Shown here in pieces: positions 30,642 to 41,052 of a DNA stretch of 64,000 nt; position 1 is the stretch's first letter; every line of letters starts with the position of its first letter. Below the pieces are notes generated by a model, which was given only the letters and a program-made list of their open reading frames with translations, was not told the DNA's origin and searched no databases. The position numbers and the translations under genes are program-made. The DNA comes from a candidate division FCPU426 bacterium (GTDB lineage: Bacteria; Oederibacteriota; Muellerivitia; Muellerivitales; Muellerivitaceae), in NCBI GenBank assembly GCA_963771075.1, contig CAVYSE010000023.1:32001-96000 (forward strand), given 5' to 3'.

Positions 30642-32109
30642 ACCGACACAAGTATGAATCGTCGAAAGTCGTTCTCCTCCTGGGCCGGATCGTGGTTTTT
30701 TTGGTTTTTTACTTATGTTTCGCGGCGAATACATTTTTATAACCTATTAAAATGGTGGCAAAGCCAACTTTTTCAGGAAAAGATTCAATATAGTCCAATG
30801 ATTTCCTGCGAAAATATTTGGGTCGAGAACTTAGTTGTTGTTCTTGAGTTTTTCAGAGGTTTCAGATTTTAACTTTTTCCTTCGTTAAATCTGGGGTTAA
30901 CTTGATCCCAGGCCCGCCCCATGGAAGGAGAGCTTTGCGGTAAGCCATTGGATATTCCTGCATTAGGATTTGTAATAGCTGGGTTGTCGGAAGATAATTA
31001 GATTCTAAAAATAATATTTCTTAACGAATTATTTGAAAATTAGTTCCTGGTTCAAAGGAATGTCATTGCGACTGGCAAATAAAATCGGCAATAAACTAAT
31101 TAAAATCATCCATTCCCAGCTCGTTCGTTCTGAACTGTGTTCGGACAAAAATTATATTCTTCAATCAGTGGAAGACGGTTTTGCACAAAAGCGAAACGAC
31201 GTACAGGACCCATTGATCTTTGAGCGAATCATCCGTTCTTATAACAAGGCGAAAGCGGTTCAGTTCGATTCCCCTGGGTTTTATCAGGTCAGTAACGAAT
31301 GGTTGCCGATTTTTGAGGTTTATCTGGGTGAGGTCATGGCCACCCTGAAAAATGGAAACGTCGATAGGCTGAAATCCATTTACAACAATTTCTTTCGAGA
31401 CCCTTGCAGTGTTGGCCTGCACGGATTGCCACTCGACATGTTCAAGTGTTTCTTTTCCGGACACATCAGCGATCGCCACAAAAAATTATTCCTCACCGAT
31501 GTTCTTTACCGCCACAGGCTATGGAAAAATTTGGTGGGACCGTCTTTTGGGATCGAATCCTTGGAATCGCCTCTAAGGGGTAACCCTTACGGTTACTATA
31601 TCGGCAGAACTTTTATCAAGGCTGGTTCCGAGTACCAACATTATTACGCTATCTTGATTGAGAAGCTGGTTCGCGGAGATTGCCACAAAACGGTCGTGGA
31701 ATTGGGAGCCGGTTATGGTGGCATGGCCTATTACTTGGTTAGAGATAACTCGGATTTGACCTACATTGACTTCGACCTACCAGAAAATGTCGCGCTCACT
31801 GCCTTTTATCTTTTGACATGTTTCCCTGATAAAAAAATTGCTTTATTCGGGGAAATGGACCTGTCCCAGGATAAGGTGGAGGATTATGACCTGATCCTGA
31901 TGCCCAATTTTGAGATCCACAAGGTGAAAGACCAAAGCGTGGATTTAACCTTCAACTCTTACAGCCTCGCCGAAATGTCCAAGGAAACAATCGAGAATTA
32001 TATTCATCATTTCAACCGTTTCACGAACAAGTTTATATTTCACGTTAACCATAACCGCAACAGTGTCGTGCGAGCGGATGAATTTAGCATTGACCTAGAT
32101 AAATTTGAT

Positions 32110-33522
32110 CACTCTTGTCCTAAATAAAGGACTAAAAAAAGACACCTCCGACTGAAGTAGAATTGGGTTAGTCGACAAGCCCAAAGCGACGGTTACCAGC
32201 CGTCGCTACTTCAAACATCCGGAGGCGTATTTCGATGGTACCACCAACCAGTCTTTTTGCCCAAGTGTTGAAAATTGTGGATCGCACGGCTTTTGAACGA
32301 ATTGTGCGGGAGTTTGAAGCCGAAAAACACGCCAAGGGGTTCAGTTGCTGGAATCAGTTTGTTTCCATGCTTTTCTGCCAGATGGGAGCCGCCCATTCCT
32401 TGAGGGAAATCTGTGGTGGCCTCCACACGGCCCTTGGGAAATTGACCCATTTGGGTCTTTGCGAAGCACCCACTAAATCCACCTTGGCTTACGCTAACGC
32501 CAACCGTCCTTGGCAGGTTCAGCAAAGTCTTTTCTACCATCTGCTATCGAAGTGTCAGCTACAGGCGGCCATCTCGAAGAGGAAATTCAAGTTCAAGAAT
32601 CCCCTCTACAGCCTGGACTCCAGCACCATTGATCTTTGTTTGTCAGTCTTCGACTGGGCAAAGTTCCGTAGGACCAAAGGGGCCATCAAACTCCATCTCT
32701 TGCTGGATCATCAGGGATACTTGCCCTGCTGGGGACTCGTAACGGAGGGAGGCGTGCATGACGTGAAAGTGGCTCAAAAGCTGGATTTTCCGGTGGATTC
32801 AATCGTAGTGATGGATCGGGGATATGTGGATTTCTTTCTTCTGGCCCGATGGACGTTCCAAGGCGTGTGGTGGGTGACCCGTGCCAAGATCAACATGGCC
32901 TACGAGGTGGTGAAGAACCTGCCGGTTCCGAAAACGGGCAACGTCCTGAAGGACCAAGTGATACGGTTAACAACGTTTCGGTCACAGGAAGCCTACCCGA
33001 AAGAGATGCGACGAGTGGTGGTATGGGACGAAGACCAGAAGCGGGAACTCGTATTCCTTACCAACCACATGGGTTTTGCTGCCTCGACGGTGGCGGCCAT
33101 CTACAAGGAACGTTGGCAGATCGAGTTGTTCTTCAAGGCTCTCAAGCAGAACTTACGGGTGAAGACTTTCGTAGGGACCACTGAGAATGCTGTTCAGACG
33201 CAGATTTGGACAGCATTGATTGCCATGCTGCTGTTGAAATTCCTTCAACTGAAGAGCCATATCGCCTGGAGCCTGTCCCACTTGGCGGCCATGCTGCGGA
33301 TGAATCTATTGACCTACCGCGATTTGTGGGCTTGGTTGGATGCACCATTCCTGGTGGCGAGATTGGAACCGGCGGAAAAACAGATGGAATTAATACCCTC
33401 GTGATTTGGACAGCATCCGGACGAAAGGGGGGGGCTTATCCCTGGAAATTCACAAACCTGTCCAAAATCGCTTGTTTTTCTTGGGGGGCAGCGGTCAGAT
33501 TGAGTTGTTTAGGATAGCAGTG
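32110..33522 (+). mobile_element. IS4-family insertion sequence with 9-bp target duplication
   Basis: Terminal inverted repeats CACTCTTGTCCTAAATAA and TTGTTTAGGATAGCAGTG; AAATTTGAT repeated at 32101-32109 and 33523-33531. Confidence 0.95.
32235..33404 (+). CDS. IS4-family transposase
   Basis: LDSSTI, MDRGY, YKERWQIELFFKALKQ (YREK motif). Confidence 0.95.
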   Translation: MVPPTSLFAQVLKIVDRTAFERIVREFEAEKHAKGFSCWNQFVSMLFCQMGAAHSLREICGGLHTALGKLTHLGLCEAPTKSTLAYANANRPWQVQQSLFYHLLSKCQLQAAISKRKFKFKNPLYSLDSSTIDLCLSVFDWAKFRRTKGAIKLHLLLDHQGYLPCWGLVTEGGVHDVKVAQKLDFPVDSIVVMDRGYVDFFLLARWTFQGVWWVTRAKINMAYEVVKNLPVPKTGNVLKDQVIRLTTFRSQEAYPKEMRRVVVWDEDQKRELVFLTNHMGFAASTVAAIYKERWQIELFFKALKQNLRVKTFVGTTENAVQTQIWTALIAMLLLKFLQLKSHIAWSLSHLAAMLRMNLLTYRDLWAWLDAPFLVARLEPAEKQMELIPS

Positions 33523-33630
33523 AAATTTGATCTAATAGTTCGCGCACCGGCCTTGTGGAATCTAGCGCTCAACGCCAACATGGATGAGTTCGAGTTTTTA
33601 TATAAGAATAAAAAGCTTACCTTTAGTTAA

Positions 33631-33845
33631 ACATCAACCACATTTCGATAGATGAATAGAAATATATTTCACCGCCTAATCTTTCCCTTTACCTTTGATT
33701 GGCTGTTGAACCAAGGAATATCAAGTTGGGGACCTGCCGGGCGGTCCATTATTTGCTCAAGAATTACAAAGAAGACTACTTATTGTATTTATTCCCGATT
33801 TGGGCGTTGAAGAAAGCCATGGGGGATGGATGGCGAAGGCTATAG
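33631..33845 (+). pseudogene. degraded copy of the C-terminus of the GT2 gene at 29724-30641
   Basis: Reads IFHRLIFPFTF / KLGT / LLKNYKEDYLLYLFPIWALKK versus ILHRVIFPFTF / KLGT / LFKNYKKDYLLYLFPLWVLRK, with a stop and a frameshift. Confidence 0.85.
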
Positions 33846-34051
33846 GGAATATTTAAAATTTCACCACGTGGACGCTGAAACACACACCGCATTTCCGTAA
33901 ATCTCATTACAATTGCGGTATAGTCCTGATTTCTTTGGCCCCAAAGACAAATGGGGACAGAGAAAGCCTTATTGTTTGTTATCGACAATCCCCAAAAGGC
34001 AATGATTAGAGGTGCCCTTAAGATGACGGTCAGGAAGAGGCCAATTTAGAA

Positions 34052-35044
34052 ATGAGCGAAAAGTACCTCCTCACCCTTTCAATACCGACCTATAACCGCG
34101 CGATCTTTTTGGAAACTTGCTTGGAGCATATCGGTAGGCAATTCCCGGGAAATGAACTTTTGATCGAATGGTTGGTCATCGACAATCATTCCTCGGATTC
34201 TACCCCGGCCGTGGTTCGCCGATATATCGACCTTGGATTTCCGATCCGATACATCCGAAACGAGGAAAACATCGGGGCGGACCGGAACATCCAAAAATGT
34301 TTTCGAGAGGCTCTCGGCAAATATGTCTTGATTTTCGGCGATGATGACATATTGCTCGACAGGGCTTTAATCAAAATCATTGATTTATTGCAAAAGGGGG
34401 AATACGGGGTTGTCTATTTACAATCCTATGGCTTTTCAAATGATTTTGAGAAAGAGAAACCTAAAAGAATACTAAAGCGAAATCGTACAATCGTAATGGA
34501 ACAAACGGACCGATTTGTTTCCGAGGTGAATTATTGGCTCACCTTTATTTCTGGAAACATTGTTAACAAAAGTTTGCTCAACGAAAATCGAGATTTTGAT
34601 AGGTTTCTGGACACTAATTTGATACAGCTTTCCTGGGTTATTCCCGCTTTGCTAAAGGCCCATCGAAATGCCGTGATGAACGAGCGGTTCATCGCCATGA
34701 AGACGGAAAATACAGGCGGATACCAATTGTTCAGGGTGTTTGGAACGAATATGAACCGCATCATGGATGCCTTTAGAGCGGAGGGTTTGTCGGAAAAGGC
34801 CATTCGTAAGGTCAACCAAAAGCTCATTCTTACTTTTTTCCCTTCTTTTATCGTCAAGTTACGTTCCGACAGGGGAATGTTCGGGATAGAGGATGGTTTC
34901 GCCGAGTTGTATCCCTTATACAAAAACTACTTTCTCTTTTGGATTTGTTTAGTCCCGCTTATAAGATTACCTTTGCTATTGGCCCGCCTTTGGCATTTCA
35001 ATATCAGGGTTGTCAATAAACTAAACAAGATGTTGCGAGGCTAG
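34052..35044 (+). CDS. GT2 glycosyltransferase (RfbV/abequosyltransferase-like)
   Basis: SIPTYNRA, IDNHSSDST, NIGADRN, GDDD, FISGNIV. Confidence 0.88.
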   Translation: MSEKYLLTLSIPTYNRAIFLETCLEHIGRQFPGNELLIEWLVIDNHSSDSTPAVVRRYIDLGFPIRYIRNEENIGADRNIQKCFREALGKYVLIFGDDDILLDRALIKIIDLLQKGEYGVVYLQSYGFSNDFEKEKPKRILKRNRTIVMEQTDRFVSEVNYWLTFISGNIVNKSLLNENRDFDRFLDTNLIQLSWVIPALLKAHRNAVMNERFIAMKTENTGGYQLFRVFGTNMNRIMDAFRAEGLSEKAIRKVNQKLILTFFPSFIVKLRSDRGMFGIEDGFAELYPLYKNYFLFWICLVPLIRLPLLLARLWHFNIRVVNKLNKMLRG

Positions 35045-35045
35045 G

Positions 35046-35687
35046 ATGATTCTCTTTCGCGCTTGGAATTTTCTCCGGCACAACGGATTGGCCCTTACGG
35101 TTAGAGAGTTGTGCCACCGATTCGCCAACAAGGTATTCAATTTCACCTTGGTTTTGGGTAGAACGGATATGAACATTGACCGTTCCGCGAGAATTTTAGG
35201 ATTTTCGCACATTAAAATCGGGAAAAATTTTTCCGCTGGAAAAGATCTGTGGCTCGAGGCCGTTTTAACCCATGGAAACACGCGTTATAACCCCTCGTTG
35301 GTCATCAAGGATCAGGTTTCCGTCAGGGATTTTGTTCATATCGGAGCGGTCCGCTACGTGGAAATCGGGGAAAATGTACTGATGGGGAGCCATATTTTCA
35401 TATCCGACCATAATCATGGTTCCTATTCGGGTGATCATCAGAGCGATCCCCGGGAGGTTCCGAATGGACGGAAGGTCAAGGGGGACCAAGAAGTCGTTAT
35501 CGGGGGCAATGTTTGGATAGGTGACCATGTTTGTATCCTGCCAGGCGTTCGAATTGGTTCGGGAAGCGTGATCGGAGCGGGCTCGGTCGTGACGAAAAAC
35601 ATACCTGAGGCGTGTGTGGCGGTCGGAAATCCGGCGAAGGTCATAAAAAGGTATAATCCCAATTCGCGAAAGTGGAAAAAAGTCTAG
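35046..35687 (+). CDS. hexapeptide-repeat (LbH) O-acyltransferase
   Basis: ISDHNHG, VWIG, IGAGSVVTK, GNPAKVIK. Confidence 0.9.
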   Translation: MILFRAWNFLRHNGLALTVRELCHRFANKVFNFTLVLGRTDMNIDRSARILGFSHIKIGKNFSAGKDLWLEAVLTHGNTRYNPSLVIKDQVSVRDFVHIGAVRYVEIGENVLMGSHIFISDHNHGSYSGDHQSDPREVPNGRKVKGDQEVVIGGNVWIGDHVCILPGVRIGSGSVIGAGSVVTKNIPEACVAVGNPAKVIKRYNPNSRKWKKV

Positions 35688-35752
35688 ATCGGGTCTTTTG
35701 GGGAGATAGCTAGAATTACCATCGACTTAGAATTTTTATCTAGGATCAATAA

Positions 35753-36822
35753 ATGAAAATACTCGTGACAGGCGGTGCCGGGTTCATCGGGTCGAATTTC
35801 GTCCGGTCGGCCCTCCGCCAGGGGCATTCGATCGTGGTGCTCGATTTGCTGACCTACGCGGGTCATGAGTCGACGCTCAATGACGTGAAAAATAACCCAA
35901 ATTTTTCTTTTGTGAAAGGAGATGTAGCCGACCGAGCCATGGCCCGCGAATTGATGGACCGGCATCGGCCCGACTCGGTCGTGCATTTCGCGGCGGAAAC
36001 CCATGTGGATCGTTCCATCGACGATCCTTCCCATTTTCTAAGGACCAACATCATGGGCACTTTCGAGTTGATGGAATCCGCCCGTCTTCAGAAGGGGTTG
36101 CCTTCCGGGTTCAAGTTTTTACTAGTATCAACGGATGAGGTCTATGGCACATTGGGGCCGACCGGCGCATTTCAAGAGGACAGCCCCTACGCCCCCAACT
36201 CACCCTATTCGGCCAGTAAAGCCTCGGCCGACCTATTGGCCCGCTCCTACCATGAAACCTTCGGATTCCCTGTGGTCATCACCAATTGCTCCAACAATTA
36301 CGGCCCCTATCAATATCCTGAAAAACTGATTCCCCTGATGTTGTTAAACGCGTTGGAGGGCCGGGAACTTCCAATCTATGGGGATGGAGGCCAGGTCCGC
36401 GACTGGCTGTATGTGGGGGACCATTGTGAAGCTCTTTTACTTGTTCTGGAGAAGGGACGGCCGGGCCGAAAGTACCTGGTAGGGGGAAGATCGAGAAAAG
36501 ACTAACCTTCAATTGCTGGACGCCTTTTTGGATTTGTTGGAGCAACTTCGCCCCGCCTCGAAAAATGAAGCCTTAAGGCCAAACAAATCACCCGTTACAC
36601 CGAACTCAAGCGTTTCGTCAAGGATCGGCCCGGCCATGACCGCCGTTACGCCATTGATCCCTCGAAAATGGAAAAAGAAATGGGGTGGAAACCCCGGCTG
36701 ACCTTCGAGGAAGGACTGCGGCAGACGGTTCAATGGTATTTTTCAAATCTGGATTGGTGCGAAAAGGTTCAGAAGGACAAATACGACCGCGGCCGTTTGG
36801 GGTTGAAGGGGGCAAGATATGA
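35753..36822 (+). pseudogene. rfbB: dTDP-glucose 4,6-dehydratase, frameshifted (real or sequencing error)
   Basis: GGAGFIGS, AAETHVDRSI, STDEVYG, YSASK; the C-terminus (DRPGHDRRYAID) continues in other frames after ~36495 and ~36575; end approximate. Confidence 0.85.
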
Positions 36823-37699
36823 AGGGAATATTATTGGCGGGTGGCGCCGGGACGAGGCTGCATCCCATCACGAAGGGCGTTTCGAAACAACTGTTGCCCC
36901 TTTTGACAAGCCGATGGTTTATTACCCCCTCACCACCCTGCTTTGGACCGGGGCCAAGGAAATAATGGTTATGACCACGACCCGAAGGACCAGCCTTCCT
37001 TTCAGCGGTTACTGGGGGACGGAAGCTGGCTGGGCATCAAGCTCCATTGGGCAATCCAACCCGAGCCGAAGGGCATTTCCCAGGCCCTCCTGATCGGCAA
37101 GGATTTTCTCGCCGGGGAGCCCTGCGCCCTGGCACTGGGGGACAACATTTTTTATGGCCATCGGCTGCCGGAATTCCTGAATAAGTGTTCCCAAAAGGCC
37201 GAAAAGGGGGCGACGGTTTTCGCTTACCAGGTCACGGACCCGGAGCGGTACGGGGTGGTGGAATTCGACGAAAAGGGCGCGCCCAAGGGAATTCTGGAAA
37301 AACCCTAGCGATGCCCCTTCCCGCTGGGCGGTAACGGGATTGTATATGTATGATGGGACCGCCGCCAAGCGGGCGGCGCGAGCTTGAAACCCTCCGCCCG
37401 GGGAGAGCTGGAAATCACCGATTTAAACCTGGATTACCTCAAGTCGCGCGATTTGCGGGTGGAAAAGCTGGGCCGAGGGATCGCCTGGCTGGATACCGGG
37501 CACCCCCACCGCCATGCTCCAGGCGAGCATGTTTATCCAGGCTATCGAGGAACGGCAGGGATTGAAAGTGTGCTGTCCTGAAGAGGTGGCTTTCCGCAAG
37601 GGTCTCATCAGCCAAGGGGAATTACTCCAGCAGGCCAAGGCTTTGGGCAAGAGCGAATACGGCAAGTACCTGCAGTCCCTGTTGGAGGAAAACGCATGA
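36819..37699 (+). pseudogene. rfbA: glucose-1-phosphate thymidylyltransferase with multiple frameshifts
   Basis: [58 protein letters not shown] and WLDTG are spread over different frames. Confidence 0.85.
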
Positions 37700-38238
37700 A
37701 CTTAAAGGTTGAAAAAACACCCCTTGAGGGGTTGCTGGTGATGGCCCCCCTCCATTTCGAGGATGCCCGGGGTTATTTATGCGAAACGTACCAAAGGGAA
37801 AAGTACGTACATTTCGGGGTGGCTTGCGATTTTGTCCAGGATAACCAGTCCTACTCGGTTCGTGGTGTGTTGAGGGGCCTTCATGCCCAGTTGAAACACC
37901 CCCAGGCTAAGCTGGTTCGGGCCGTGGCCGGTGAAATATTCGATGTGGCGGTGGATGCCCGGCCCCAATCAGCCACTTTCGGCCAATGGCACGCGGACTA
38001 TCTTTCGGGCTCCAATTTGAAACAATTGTTCATCCCTGCAGGATTTCTTCATGGATTTTGCGTGCTATCCGAAACGGCCATCGTCCATTATAAATGCTCG
38101 GATTTTTACGCACCGGACGATCAAATCGGAGTTCTTTGGGACGATCCCGATCTGGGAATAGAATGGCCCATCCAATCTCCCATCATTTCAGAAAAAGATC
38201 GGCAAAATATTTCCTGGAAACGGCTAAAGGAACTATAA
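37696..38238 (+). CDS. rfbC: dTDP-4-dehydrorhamnose 3,5-epimerase
   Basis: DARGY, FVQDNQS, LRGLH, DVAVD, GFLHGF. Confidence 0.95.
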   Translation: MNLKVEKTPLEGLLVMAPLHFEDARGYLCETYQREKYVHFGVACDFVQDNQSYSVRGVLRGLHAQLKHPQAKLVRAVAGEIFDVAVDARPQSATFGQWHADYLSGSNLKQLFIPAGFLHGFCVLSETAIVHYKCSDFYAPDDQIGVLWDDPDLGIEWPIQSPIISEKDRQNISWKRLKEL

Positions 38239-38242
38239 CCGC

Positions 38243-39463
38243 ATGATCCCTACCGCCGGTTGCACGATCGTCTCCAAGAATTATTTGGCTTATGCGCGAA
38301 CCCTTTGTGATTCGTTTAAACGGTTTAATCCGGATATGCCTTTTTATGTTTTGCTGGTGGACGAATTAGATAGCACGGAACCCGACCTGAAATCCGAACC
38401 TTATGAGCTGATCGAGGCCAGAAATATCGGTATTGATCATTTCCTGAACGCGGCCTTCCGGTTTTCCATCCTTGAACTCAATACCAATGTGAAACCCAGT
38501 TTTCTCAAGTTTTTGATAAAAGAAAGATCGGTTCAAAGAATCGCTTATTTTGACCCGGATATCCTTGTAACCCAACCCCTAAAACCTGTTTTTGATGCCT
38601 TGGATCAAAACCAGATCATACTTACACCGCATACAAACTCCCCGATATCCATGGATGGATTGCGTCCGAATGAACAGGATTTTTTATCCTCGGGTGTGTT
38701 CAACTTGGGTTTTGTGGGAGTAAAGAATGCCGCTGACTCGATCCGATTTTTGGATTGGTGGGAAGACCGTTGCCTAAAGCTCGGGTTTGAGGAAATCCGT
38801 TCCGGACTGTTCGTGGACCAAAAATGGTGCAATTTCGCCCCTTGCTTCTTCGATCCTGTCGGGATCATCCGGGACCTGGGTTGGAACATGGCCTATTGGA
38901 ATCTCCACGAAAGGACCTTGTCAAAAAAAGAAAACACATGGTTGGTTAATGGGCAGCACCCGCTCCTTTTTTACCATTTCAGCGGGATCTCCATAAACGA
39001 ACCCGATCAAATCTCACGCCATACCAACCGGTTTGACCTGAATTCCCGAGGGGACCTAAGGGAAATCTTTGATGATTACCGGCGGTTGTTGAAATCCAGC
39101 GGCATGGAGAGTTTTAAGAAACTGGCCTACAAGTATGGATGTTTCTCCAACGGAGAACCCATTACCCCCTTGGCCCGCAGATTGTTCGCCGCGAATGAAA
39201 GCGGAATCAGCGGAAACGATCCTTTTTCCGCTTCGGGGGCCGTTTACCATTGGTGCAAAAGAAGTGGTTTTTTGGGCGGGAAAGATACGACGGGGAACTA
39301 TACCGCCTCGAACTTCGAGTCGGCTGATTGGCGCGTCAAGTTCATCAGCGCTGGCTTGAGGCTTTTTCTAAAGGTTTTTGGAGTCGAGAAGTACAGCCTG
39401 CTTATGAAATACCTTTCCTATATCACGATTTTAAGAAACCAAGCCATCGTCCATAAGTTTTAA
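38243..39463 (+). CDS. putative glycosyltransferase (GT-A, DxD)
   Basis: YFDPDI, LTPH, GVFNLGF, FVDQKW, FYHFSG; context after rml genes. Confidence 0.7.
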   Translation: MIPTAGCTIVSKNYLAYARTLCDSFKRFNPDMPFYVLLVDELDSTEPDLKSEPYELIEARNIGIDHFLNAAFRFSILELNTNVKPSFLKFLIKERSVQRIAYFDPDILVTQPLKPVFDALDQNQIILTPHTNSPISMDGLRPNEQDFLSSGVFNLGFVGVKNAADSIRFLDWWEDRCLKLGFEEIRSGLFVDQKWCNFAPCFFDPVGIIRDLGWNMAYWNLHERTLSKKENTWLVNGQHPLLFYHFSGISINEPDQISRHTNRFDLNSRGDLREIFDDYRRLLKSSGMESFKKLAYKYGCFSNGEPITPLARRLFAANESGISGNDPFSASGAVYHWCKRSGFLGGKDTTGNYTASNFESADWRVKFISAGLRLFLKVFGVEKYSLLMKYLSYITILRNQAIVHKF

Positions 39464-39513
39464 CCCCGCATTTTCCGTGCCCCGCGGTGGTTGATCGCCA
39501 AGTACCCAAGTTT

Positions 39514-40956
39514 TCATGACAGGTTGCCTAAAAATATCGTCAAGGGGTGGCTATCCCAATAGCCATCCATGGCGCCTAAGGCATTGATGCTCAAGGAAAG
39601 CAGAATCAAGAAAGTAAAAGCCAATTGGTTCCACTTACTCCACCGCGAAAAGGACTGTAAATTGTAAAGGAGTGGGATCATCAAGAAGGGGAGGATGGGA
39701 ACGACCTGCCGGGGTCCGTAACACCAACATCCGTGCCAATCGATTTCCAGGTCCGCCATGAGGAGAAAATAAATGATGAATCCGGCGCCCCAAACTCGAG
39801 CTTCCGCTCCCTCCTTGAAAAGGAATTCCCTCCACGAAAACAGAACCGGCAGCGCGATAGGTGTAAAGGGTAATATTCCATGATTCCATGAAAACCATAG
39901 TCCGAAAAAGCCTTGAAAAATGCTTCCGAATTTTTGTACCTCACAAAAGTGCAATGGGGAGCCAAAAAGGGAATTGTTCAGGTATAAATAAAAGGAGAGC
40001 GCCATTCCCGGCCCAAGAGTCATCAGGAATAGGTCCTTCCAACATTTCCGAGCGATCCAGAGCGCTCCGATAGGGAAAATCAATAGGCAGAGAGATGGTT
40101 TGATAGCCATGCCGATGCCCAAAAGGATGCCGGACCAAAAGCCCGAGCGGGCTTGAATCGCGGCAAGGTATCCGGCTAAAGCGAAAAGGACCAGGAAAGG
40201 TTCGGTGAAAAGGGTCCGGCCATAGGCCCAAACCGGCGTACCGAGGAATACGATAAAGGTGGAAAAATTGACGATCCAAGGATTTTTCGTATAACGCCCT
40301 ATAACTTTTCGATAAAGAAAAGCCGAAAGGATCACGGCCAAATTCGCGAGAAGTAAGGCGACCGATTCCACGTAAGGGGTGTTACGAATAGGCCACAGGA
40401 CCAAAGCGAGTAAAAAAGGCATTCCATAGGGATGGGCGGGATAGGCGTGGAGGTCCGAACCTTCAATATTGGGTTTTAACTGGGGGATCAAGGATCTGGT
40501 TCCGGTTTTTTCCCAAGAGGATGGATCAGCATAAATATCAGTCCACCAAAAGGTTTTTCCTGATAAGACATACCAGGCATGCGGATCCAAGGGTAAGCCC
40601 GCGTATTTTTTCCCTGCCTGATTGGACCCTTCCCAGACCTGATCGTAATTGTTTTTTAAATCCCAGTCCCCATCTTTCAGAAGACTGTTGATCATAATGA
40701 GGTAATGGGGTTCATCCCCGCCCTTGACATAGGGGATCCCTGCGCGAAAGCCGTGGAAAAAAAGGGGAACAAATAGCAATAAAACCAGGCAGGACGCAAA
40801 AATTTTTCCGTTCGAGAACAAATTTAATACCCTGACGGTAATAGGGGATTCTAAGGCCGATCCGGGCTTGGAGTTTGAAGTCATATTGAGTTTGCCCCTC
40901 TTTGTTTTCTCGATTTTAGTGTAAATCAAAACACCAAATTTCAGGAGGGGAAACAT
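39514..40956 (-). CDS. GT-C-like multi-TM membrane glycosyltransferase (start may be ~40884)
   Basis: GDEPHY, FTEP, WCYGPR motifs; resembles the 9794 ORF. Confidence 0.65.
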   Translation of the reverse strand: MFPLLKFGVLIYTKIEKTKRGKLNMTSNSKPGSALESPITVRVLNLFSNGKIFASCLVLLLFVPLFFHGFRAGIPYVKGGDEPHYLIMINSLLKDGDWDLKNNYDQVWEGSNQAGKKYAGLPLDPHAWYVLSGKTFWWTDIYADPSSWEKTGTRSLIPQLKPNIEGSDLHAYPAHPYGMPFLLALVLWPIRNTPYVESVALLLANLAVILSAFLYRKVIGRYTKNPWIVNFSTFIVFLGTPVWAYGRTLFTEPFLVLFALAGYLAAIQARSGFWSGILLGIGMAIKPSLCLLIFPIGALWIARKCWKDLFLMTLGPGMALSFYLYLNNSLFGSPLHFCEVQKFGSIFQGFFGLWFSWNHGILPFTPIALPVLFSWREFLFKEGAEARVWGAGFIIYFLLMADLEIDWHGCWCYGPRQVVPILPFLMIPLLYNLQSFSRWSKWNQLAFTFLILLSLSINALGAMDGYWDSHPLTIFLGNLS

Positions 40957-41052
40957 GGATGTAATTCATCTTGCCTCATTCCTGTCCCGATATAATGTGA
41001 AGCCTTGTTCGAAGTGGTTGAATGGCACGGCCCTGAAAAAAGGAATGAATGC

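Larger units (their letters stand above)
31033..33630 (+). pseudogene. putative sugar O-methyltransferase interrupted by IS4 (5' part 31033-32109, 3' part 33523-33630)
   Basis: ELGAGYGG SAM motif, DFDLPE, NSYSLAEM; removing the IS and one target copy rejoins ...DKFD-LIVRAPALWN...LTFS* in frame. Confidence 0.85.

Noticed and set aside
30654..30872. 72-aa ORF after GT2
   Set aside because: No recognisable motif, in AT-rich intergenic-looking sequence; probably spurious or an unidentifiable relic
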